The translations under genes were made by a program, and so were the position numbers. DNA of 64,000 nt from Candidatus Parcubacteria bacterium (GTDB taxonomy: Bacteria > Patescibacteriota > Minisyncoccia > Phycocordibacterales > UBA2100): NCBI GenBank assembly GCA_003599295.1, contig QZJK01000007.1, positions 2,228-66,227 on the forward strand. Reading direction: 5' to 3'. Below are positions 57,911 to 64,000 of this stretch, in pieces. The first letter of the stretch is position 1. Every line of letters begins with the position of its first letter. Below the pieces are notes generated by a model, which saw only the letters and a list, made by a program, of their open reading frames with translations, was not told the origin of the DNA and made no database searches.

Positions 57911-60310
57911 CTATTGAATTGTGAACGCGGCGGTGCGCTCCACGGGACCTGAGGGCGTATCGAACACGACGCGGAGGAGTGCCTCGCCGCGCGCCGCGGT
58001 TGTTAATGAAAAATAGAACGGCGGTTCGTCCGAAGAGCCAACGGGCTCGTTGTTAAGATAGAACGACACGCTCGACACCTGGATCCCGCTCGGGTACGTA
58101 ATGAGAACCGGGATCGCGGCCGAGCCGGAGAATGTTGAATTTTGAAGCGGCAAAATAATGGAGAAATCCATACCTCCCGCTCCCGGCACTAGTACTCCGG
58201 GGGTTGTGCTCGCTTGCTGTCCCGCCCAGACCGCGACCGGATACTCCCAATGTGCGTATTGCGAATCCCCCCACGGGTTCGTGGGCCTCCCGCCGCGCGG
58301 ATTGTCTTTGTCCACCCAGTGAAGGATCTCGTGGACCCCCTGCGCAGAGTCAGTGTTCCATTCGCCCCGGAGGACTGGCGGGATGGATTCCAAATTGCTT
58401 TCCGGAGAGGGCGGTGTGAAAGGTCCCGGCGGATATTTTTCAAGCGCATAATCCATGAACTCGCGCCACATGGGGGCGACGATAAAACCCGCCACGCGCT
58501 TTTCCATCGGCGAGTTATCGTTGTTCCCCGCCCACGCGCCGGCGGAAATCGTCGGCGTGTAGCCGACGATCCAGGCGTCGCGGTAGTCGTTCGTCGTACC
58601 GGTTTTTACTGCGACCGCATGTTCCGTGAACGACAACGCGGAGGTTTCGCCGAACGCCGGCGCGCGCGCGATGTTATCGGACAGGATATCCGAAACGGCG
58701 CGCGCGATCTGCGGCTCCATGACGCGTTCGGCATGTTCTTCGTACTCTTCGAGCACATCTCCGTTTCTATCCGTGACGCTCTGTATCGGAGCGGGCGGAT
58801 TTCTCACGCCGTCGTTCGCGAACGTGGCGTACGCGCCGACCATGTCGAGAAGGTACACTTCGCCTCCTCCGAGGACGAGGGTGAGCCCGTAGCGGTCTTT
58901 ATTTTCGAGCGTCGTAATGCCCATGCTCCGCGCAGTGTCTATGGAATCATCGATGCCGGCGAGGTAGAGGACCTTTACCGCCGGAATGTTCACGGATTGC
59001 GCGAGCGCGTTCCGGAAGGAGATGGGACCGCGGAACACGTTGTCGTAGTTGTCGGGAGAGTAGCAGTCGTCGTGCGTTTCGAGATCGTTCGGCTCGCAAT
59101 GCGCGGTAAATTGCGTCTTGAGATCGAAAACGACGGTCTCTGGCGTATAGCCTTTTTTGAATGCGGTCGCGTAGACGAATGGTTTGAACGCTGAGCCCGG
59201 CTGCTGCGGGGTCACAGTAACATTCACCATGCCGTCGATGTTCTCGTCGAAGAATCCGCGCGAGCCGACCATCGCGAGCACTTGGCCCGTCTTCGGGTCT
59301 ATTGCAACAAGGCCCGCGTTCTCCGCATTGAAATTCCGTTCGTTCGCGAGCGCGTGCTCCCGTACGATGCGCTCGGCCTCTTGCTGGAGGTCGTAATCAA
59401 GCGTCGTGATCACCTGGAGACCGCCGTTCGCGACGACCTCGGGTCCGTACTTCTCCTCCAAATACTCGCGCACATAGAAGACGAAGTGCGGCGCCTTAAT
59501 ACCCACTTCGGCCTCGCTCTGGAACTCAACCTCTTCCGCGAGCGCTTCTTCATAGGTTGCCTCATCGATAAAGCCGTTCTCAAGCATGCGGCTGAGCACG
59601 AGGTCTTGGCGAGCCTCCAACTCGTCTCGGCGGCTCCCGTATGGCGAATAGCGCGTCGGCGCCTGGGGAAGCGCGGCGAGGTATGCGGCTTGCGCAAGCG
59701 TCACGTCGGAGGCGGAGACACCAAAGAAATATTTACTTGCCTCTTCTACCCCGTATATAGTCCCGCCGTACGGCGCCTCATTGAGATACGTTTCAAGTAT
59801 CTCATCCTTCGAATACACGCGTTCAAGACGAAGAGCAAGGATTATCTCTTTCGCTTTTCTCGTCAGCGTTTTATCCGTCGTCAGGAGCGTATTTTTTACG
59901 ACTTGCTGGGTAATGGTCGAACCGCCTTGCCCGGCGAAACCCTCGCGCAGGCGCAAATTCACGAGGACCGCGCGAAGGAAAGAGAGCGGCCGGAACCCGT
60001 TGTGTTCATAAAACGTCGCGTCTTCAATGGCGATGGTCGCGTTCCTGATGTGTATCGAGATATCTTCAAGGGGTACTTCAGTGCGCCGCATGGAGCCGTG
60101 CACATCGTAGAGAATGACATTGCCCGTCCGGTCATAAATCTTCGTGGATTCAGCGACGCGACGGCTCTCGAAGTTCTGAATGGAAGGCAGCGGCACGACC
60201 GTAGCCCAGATGACGCCCGCGCCAAGGGTAAAGAGCGCAACGGCGACACCCAAGACCACGATGACCTCGAGCCATACCAGTAGCTCACCCCTTTTTGGCA
60301 GCCGCCTCAT
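57911..60310 (-). CDS. Class A penicillin-binding protein (PBP1A-like) with C-terminal Ig-like domain
   Basis: Transglycosylase motifs ED..FY.H.G, GGSTITQQ, RK..E; transpeptidase motifs SAFK, SVN, KTGT. Confidence 0.95.
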   Translation of the reverse strand: MRRLPKRGELLVWLEVIVVLGVAVALFTLGAGVIWATVVPLPSIQNFESRRVAESTKIYDRTGNVILYDVHGSMRRTEVPLEDISIHIRNATIAIEDATFYEHNGFRPLSFLRAVLVNLRLREGFAGQGGSTITQQVVKNTLLTTDKTLTRKAKEIILALRLERVYSKDEILETYLNEAPYGGTIYGVEEASKYFFGVSASDVTLAQAAYLAALPQAPTRYSPYGSRRDELEARQDLVLSRMLENGFIDEATYEEALAEEVEFQSEAEVGIKAPHFVFYVREYLEEKYGPEVVANGGLQVITTLDYDLQQEAERIVREHALANERNFNAENAGLVAIDPKTGQVLAMVGSRGFFDENIDGMVNVTVTPQQPGSAFKPFVYATAFKKGYTPETVVFDLKTQFTAHCEPNDLETHDDCYSPDNYDNVFRGPISFRNALAQSVNIPAVKVLYLAGIDDSIDTARSMGITTLENKDRYGLTLVLGGGEVYLLDMVGAYATFANDGVRNPPAPIQSVTDRNGDVLEEYEEHAERVMEPQIARAVSDILSDNIARAPAFGETSALSFTEHAVAVKTGTTNDYRDAWIVGYTPTISAGAWAGNNDNSPMEKRVAGFIVAPMWREFMDYALEKYPPGPFTPPSPESNLESIPPVLRGEWNTDSAQGVHEILHWVDKDNPRGGRPTNPWGDSQYAHWEYPVAVWAGQQASTTPGVLVPGAGGMDFSIILPLQNSTFSGSAAIPVLITYPSGIQVSSVSFYLNNEPVGSSDEPPFYFSLTTAARGEALLRVVFDTPSGPVERTAAFTIQ

Positions 60311-60345
60311 TTGTGCGGCATTGTAGCGTTTTTCGGGCAATTTTG

Positions 60346-60816
60346 CTATCGCGTGTGGGCGAGGTGCGTGACGCCGATGGCGATCGCATCGTACTCGTCG
60401 TCGTGTTTGATATCCTTCTCTATCTTCAGGAGGACGTGGAGCATCTTCATCACGTGGGTTTTATCCGCGCCGCCCCAGCCTGCCGCGGCGCTCTTCACCT
60501 GGCCCGGCGTATACTCGAAGACCCGAATGCCGGAGCGCGTAGCGAGGGCGATCAATGCGCCGCGCACCTCCGCGACGCGCATCGCGGTTTTTTGGTTATT
60601 CGTCAAATAGAGTTTCTCAAGGGCCATCGAATCCGGCGCGTGCTCGTCGATGAGCCGGGCGCACTCACCGACGACTTTCCCGAGCCGCTCTGGGAACTCC
60701 GACTGCGCCGACGTTTCGATGCAGGCAGAGTGGATGAGGAGCTCCTCGCCGTTCGATTTCTCGACGACTGCGACGCCGCATCTGCCGTAGCCCGGATCAA
60801 TAGCGAGAACTCTCAT
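60346..60816 (-). CDS. ruvC: Holliday junction resolvase RuvC
   Basis: LAIDPG, A.E, E.RG, EYTP.QVK, G.ADK, DD..DA.A. Confidence 0.96.
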   Translation of the reverse strand: MRVLAIDPGYGRCGVAVVEKSNGEELLIHSACIETSAQSEFPERLGKVVGECARLIDEHAPDSMALEKLYLTNNQKTAMRVAEVRGALIALATRSGIRVFEYTPGQVKSAAAGWGGADKTHVMKMLHVLLKIEKDIKHDDEYDAIAIGVTHLAHTR

Positions 60817-60827
60817 GTGTATCGTAT

Positions 60828-61358
60828 CTACGCCGCATTCGTGTATACATGCTCGACATCGTCGTGGGTGTCTATTTCTTGGAGGACCTTCATCAATACT
60901 TCGTTATCGGCCTCAGATAGGGGAACGGTTGTTTTCGGCGCGTAGCCTTCTGCGGACTTCTCGAATGCCCACAAAGCACTTCCGGGTGCCGCAAGCGCAA
61001 GACCGTTCTTCGTCAGCAAGTGTTTGATCTCTTGCGCGGTACGGTTCCTACTGTCAGTAAGCGCTTCAATGACTATCGCAGCACCACCGGGCCCGTATGT
61101 TTCGTACGTTACCGATTCGAGCGCGCCGGTATCAGCCGATGTTCCGCGTGCGACCGCGCGCTCAATATTATCTTTCGGCATGTTTTCCTTTTTAGCCGTC
61201 TCGATGATCGCACGGAGGGCGGGGGAGTTAACGTCGCCACCCGCTTTTTTCGATTCGACGGTGATGCGCTTCGCAAGCTTGCCCCATACGTTGCTTTTTG
61301 CCGCGTCATTCGCACCCTTTTGCCGCTTTATTTGAGACCATTTATTGTGTCCGCCCAT
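60828..61358 (-). CDS. yebC: YebC/PmpR family protein (short form)
   Basis: M.GHNKWS.IKR.K, NMPKDNIERA, YE.YGPGG, TD..NRT, D..DDV..VY.N. Confidence 0.93.
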   Translation of the reverse strand: MGGHNKWSQIKRQKGANDAAKSNVWGKLAKRITVESKKAGGDVNSPALRAIIETAKKENMPKDNIERAVARGTSADTGALESVTYETYGPGGAAIVIEALTDSRNRTAQEIKHLLTKNGLALAAPGSALWAFEKSAEGYAPKTTVPLSEADNEVLMKVLQEIDTHDDVEHVYTNAA

Positions 61359-61379
61359 GAATGCATCCTAGCATTTTTG

Positions 61380-61421
61380 CTATTCACAATGCTATCCACG
61401 CGCTATCCACGATTTTCGACA
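61380..61421. promoter_or_regulatory. Phased DnaA-box-like array
   Basis: CTATTCACA (61380), CTATCCACG (61392), CTATCCACG (61403), TTTTCGACA (61413). Confidence 0.55.
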
Positions 61422-61432
61422 TGTTGCATGCA

Positions 61433-61460
61433 TTTGACGCCAAAATGCATGCTTTACAAT
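61433..61460 (+). promoter_or_regulatory. Sigma70-type promoter of the candidate ncRNA
   Basis: TTGACG (61434) and TACAAT (61455), 15-16 nt spacer. Confidence 0.55.
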
Positions 61461-61466
61461 CACAAG

Positions 61467-61694
61467 TCTGATGCGCTTTACCGTGCGTCAGCGGGTTCCA
61501 GGGATGTTCCGCAAGGGACATCCCAAGGTTCCCAGCTCCTAGGGTTTCTCGTGCGCAAGCGCGAGACACTGCAGGAGCCGTCGGACGGAGCAGTGGAGAG
61601 CAAGGGGATGTCGGGCGCAAGTTTGACACCTCCGGCTTTCGAGGGAAGATCGTATCAACCCAAGAAAAGCCCGCCACGAGACCAGGTCGTCCGA
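61467..61694 (+). ncRNA. Unassigned highly structured ncRNA candidate
   Basis: Three GCAA-capped hairpins, several G-U pairs favouring the + strand, long-range stems and a crossing 7-bp pairing. Confidence 0.65.
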
Positions 61695-61770
61695 GAACAC
61701 AATCGCCTCCGCGCAAGCGGAGGCGATTGTGTTCTACACGCACGAAGCCTCGGTGTTTGCCGAGGCTTCG
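61694..61770. terminator. Two hairpins between the ncRNA candidate and convergent ruvB
   Basis: 19-bp perfect stem AGAACACAATCGCCTCCGC-GCAA-GCGGAGGCGATTGTGTTCT; CGAAGCCTCGG-TGTTTG-CCGAGGCTTCG. Confidence 0.7.
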
Positions 61771-61854
61771 GAACGCTTTACCGTGCTTTTGCTAGATCAG
61801 CCACACAATTGTATACACGGTCGGAGCGACGAAAGCTTCTTATCCCCATATTCT

Positions 61855-62868
61855 CTAGAGAAGCGGTTCTTGTGCGGAGCGAGGCGGAGGGATCCCCACA
61901 TGCTCGTATCCCTTTTTTGTCACCGCGCGCCCGCGTGGGGTTCGCTCCAAAAGACCAAGCTGCATAAGGTATGGTTCGTGCACTTCTTCGATAGTGGCTT
62001 CTTCTTCCGAGAGCGACGCCGCAACGGTTTTCAATCCGACAGGACCACCCCCAAATTTCTCGATAATAATGGTCAGGATATCGCGGTCGGTCTGATTTAA
62101 GCCGCCCTCGTCGATCTCCAGGAGCGCGAGCGCCTTCTTTACGGTTTTCATCGCGAGCGGTTCCTTATTCACTTCGGCAAAATCGCGGGCGCGTTTCAAG
62201 AGGTAGTTCGCGGTGCGCGGCGTAGCGCGACTCCTCCGCGCGACCTCCGCGAGTGATTCGCCGTCAACACCTATACCTAAGATACTCGCCGAGCGTTTCA
62301 GGATTTCCGCTATCTCACCCTCGTTGTAATAGTTGAGGCGGAACGTGCCGCCGGAGAAACGCGAGCGCAGTGGCGCGGAGAGCAAAGAAATGCGCGTGGT
62401 CGCCGCGATGAGCGTGAACGGGGGAAGCTCCAATTGCACCGTGCGCGCGGCGGGGCCTTTCCCGATGACGATATCGAGGACCCCCGACTCCATCGCCGGA
62501 TAGAGCACTTCTTCAATAGTCCTGTTCAAACGATGGATCTCATCGATGAAGAGCACGTCTCCCGGGGAAAGATTAGTCAATATGGACGCGAGATCGCCGA
62601 CACGCTCTATCGCAGGTCCCGAAGTCGCGCGTAGCGACGCGCCTATCTCTTTCGCCATTAAATGCGCGAGTGTTGTCTTGCCCAATCCGGGCGGTCCGTA
62701 GAGCAGCACGTGCTCCGGTTGGTGATTCCTGCCTTTTGCGGCGGTGAGAAGGATGCGGAGATTCTCTTTAATGGTCGGTTGCCCGACATATTCTTCCCAT
62801 AGGCCGGGGCGGAGCGCTTGGTCAAGCGTCCGGGAGCCTTTTTCTTCCAAGTTCGGTTGTTTCCCCAT
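61855..62868 (-). CDS. ruvB: Holliday junction branch migration ATPase RuvB
   Basis: LRP...EY.GQ, GPPGLGKTTLA, FIDEIHRL, EEVLYPAME, GGPVGL, EPYL, RTPRGR. Confidence 0.97.
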   Translation of the reverse strand: MGKQPNLEEKGSRTLDQALRPGLWEEYVGQPTIKENLRILLTAAKGRNHQPEHVLLYGPPGLGKTTLAHLMAKEIGASLRATSGPAIERVGDLASILTNLSPGDVLFIDEIHRLNRTIEEVLYPAMESGVLDIVIGKGPAARTVQLELPPFTLIAATTRISLLSAPLRSRFSGGTFRLNYYNEGEIAEILKRSASILGIGVDGESLAEVARRSRATPRTANYLLKRARDFAEVNKEPLAMKTVKKALALLEIDEGGLNQTDRDILTIIIEKFGGGPVGLKTVAASLSEEEATIEEVHEPYLMQLGLLERTPRGRAVTKKGYEHVGIPPPRSAQEPLL

Positions 62869-62914
62869 ACCTCATGGCTCTGCCGGGCTCAAACGAGGCG
62901 GGCAAAGGCATGCA

Positions 62915-62942
62915 TTGACATTTAATTATTATATGATATACT
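62915..62942 (+). promoter_or_regulatory. Near-consensus sigma70 promoter
   Basis: TTGACA-16 nt-TATACT, with TG extended -10. Confidence 0.55.
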
Positions 62943-62989
62943 CTTTGCCGGTTGGACGTTCTCCAGCTTTTTTATTTTACCGTACCTTC

Positions 62990-63131
62990 GAGACACTCAG
63001 TTTCGGGCGATGGTGGCTTCTTCCGAGGACGGTGGCGGTTTGCCGCTCGCTTGCGAACGGCTCGCGGCCCCTATCCTCAGGCTCTTGCTGCAACTTTCTC
63101 CATGAAAGCATCGCCCGAAAGTGCGTGTCTC
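62990..63131. ncRNA. Rod-shaped RNA candidate with central bubble (6S-like)
   Basis: GAGACAC/GTGTCTC, TTTCGGGCGATG/CATCGCCCGAAA, bubble, GAGGA/TCCTC, apical GCCG..CGC/GCG..CGGC. Confidence 0.5.
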
Positions 63132-63190
63132 CAAACTGAATTCACGATAGCATCGCTTTCAATGCGCACAAGGTGCTTTCGTGGTCTAAA

Positions 63191-64000
63191 TCATCCTATT
63201 GTTTCCAACATGACCTCGTCATGAAGGTCAACAACACGTGAGAGTTCATCAAGCGAGGTAACACCTTGAAGCACCTTCGCCGCACCATCTTGCGCCATCC
63301 GGCGTATTTTTTGATGCGCGGCGGCTTTCCAGATGTCGCGCTCACTCGAGCTTGTGCGCACGCACGCCTCTATCTCTTTGTCCATAAGGATAACTTCGAC
63401 GACCGCGATGCGGCCCTTGTATCCGAGACCGCCGCACTTCGGACATCCCTTCGGCACCCACATCGTGTCGCGATTCGCGGGAAGGTCTTCCGGATGCGGT
63501 ATGTTCCTGATAAGCGGTGCGAGCAATTTCGCGTCTTCTCCCATGATGGGTTTTGCCTCACGGCAGTGCGGACACAGGCGTCGAACGAGACGCTGCGCCA
63601 TTGCCGTCGTTATCGCAGCGCCCAAAATGTCGGCATTCACGCCCATGTCGATAAGCCGCGGGAATGTGCCGGCCGCATCGTTCGTGTGAAGCGTCGAGAA
63701 GACGAGGTGCCCTGTAAGCGACGCATTGACCGCGGTCGATGCCACTTCGGCATCGCGTATTTCGCCGACCATGATGACGTCCGGGTCTTGGCGCAGCGTG
63801 CTACGCAGTCCCTCGGCGAACGTATAGTCCTTTGAGACCTGCGTTTGGACGATGCCGGGCAGGTGATACTCGATAGGGTCTTCGATGGTGACTATCTTTA
63901 TGCCGGGGTTATGGACCTGCCGGAGGAACGCGTACAACGTCGTCGTTTTTCCGCTTCCGGTCGGTCCGGTGTTCAGTATCATGCCGTTCGGCTTCGCTAT
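63191..64000 (-). CDS. Second PilB/GspE-family ATPase (5' part lies outside the window)
   Basis: GPTGSGKT, TIEDPIE, RQDPD..VGEIRD, TGHLVFSTLHTN, intact CPHC...CPKC zinc motif. Confidence 0.93.
   Translation of the reverse strand: MAKPNGMILNTGPTGSGKTTTLYAFLRQVHNPGIKIVTIEDPIEYHLPGIVQTQVSKDYTFAEGLRSTLRQDPDVIMVGEIRDAEVASTAVNASLTGHLVFSTLHTNDAAGTFPRLIDMGVNADILGAAITTAMAQRLVRRLCPHCREAKPIMGEDAKLLAPLIRNIPHPEDLPANRDTMWVPKGCPKCGGLGYKGRIAVVEVILMDKEIEACVRTSSSERDIWKAAAHQKIRRMAQDGAAKVLQGVTSLDELSRVVDLHDEVMLETIG

Noticed and set aside
252-60945. Many long antisense or alternate-frame ORFs (e.g. 252-1187, 15135-16097, 28489-29988, 58214-60283)
   Set aside because: Shadow ORFs of well-supported genes in GC-rich DNA
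61467-61694. Assignment to RNase P RNA, tmRNA, SRP RNA, cobalamin riboswitch or raiA-motif RNA
   Set aside because: No GAGGAAAGTCC, tRNA-like ends or SRP loop. Only short resemblances are present (GGGAAG, GAGACCAGGTC), without the rest of each consensus; an Rfam search is needed.
61020-61967. ORFs 61020-61967 (+) and 61384-61743 (-) spanning the structured region
   Set aside because: The first overlaps yebC and ruvB antisense. Neither has recognisable motifs, and dense pairing with GNRA loops explains the region better.
62952-63224. 90-aa plus-strand ORF after the consensus promoter
   Set aside because: TTG start, overlaps a terminator-like hairpin, the long stem-loop and the end of the ATPase gene; not protein-like
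1-64000. CRISPR arrays, transposases, prophage, reverse transcriptase, stop-codon reassignment
   Set aside because: No repeat-spacer periodicity or such genes were seen; conserved genes end normally at TGA, TAA or TAG

Overview
This is the origin-proximal chromosomal region of a GC-rich bacterium using the standard genetic code. Gene content and style suggest Patescibacteria/CPR (Parcubacteria, possibly Kaiserbacteria-like); that assignment is an inference. The window holds pgk-tpiA, a type IV pilus cluster (PilB, PilC, three pilin-like genes), and housekeeping genes (nusA, ppa, tig, clpP, rny, HU, cca, xth, a Xer-type recombinase, rarA, rpsO, pnp, a DksA-like protein, comM, purA, pcrA, rsmA). 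It also has four tRNA genes, a chromosomal VirB4/VirB6/PrgI/pilin T4SS-like cluster, jag-yidC-rnpA-rpmH, dnaA-oriC-dnaN, a class A PBP, ruvC-yebC, ruvB and a partial second PilB/GspE ATPase. No CRISPR array, transposase or prophage was seen. The most striking unexplained signals are non-coding. (1) A ~230-nt highly structured, apparently pseudoknotted RNA candidate with GCAA tetraloops lies at 61467-61735, with its own promoter, a 3' hairpin and upstream phased DnaA-like boxes. (2) A 6S-like rod lies at 62990-63131, with further structured elements at 37145-37294, 22329-22434, the rny leader and the pnp leader. (3) An AT-rich island at 18310-19100 combines parS-like palindromes, a DnaA-box cluster and a repeated TGTCCTTTA motif. 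(4) Leaderless gene architecture is pervasive, with a TANNNT box 6-9 nt before the start codon. All structures were paired by eye; no folding program or database search was run.
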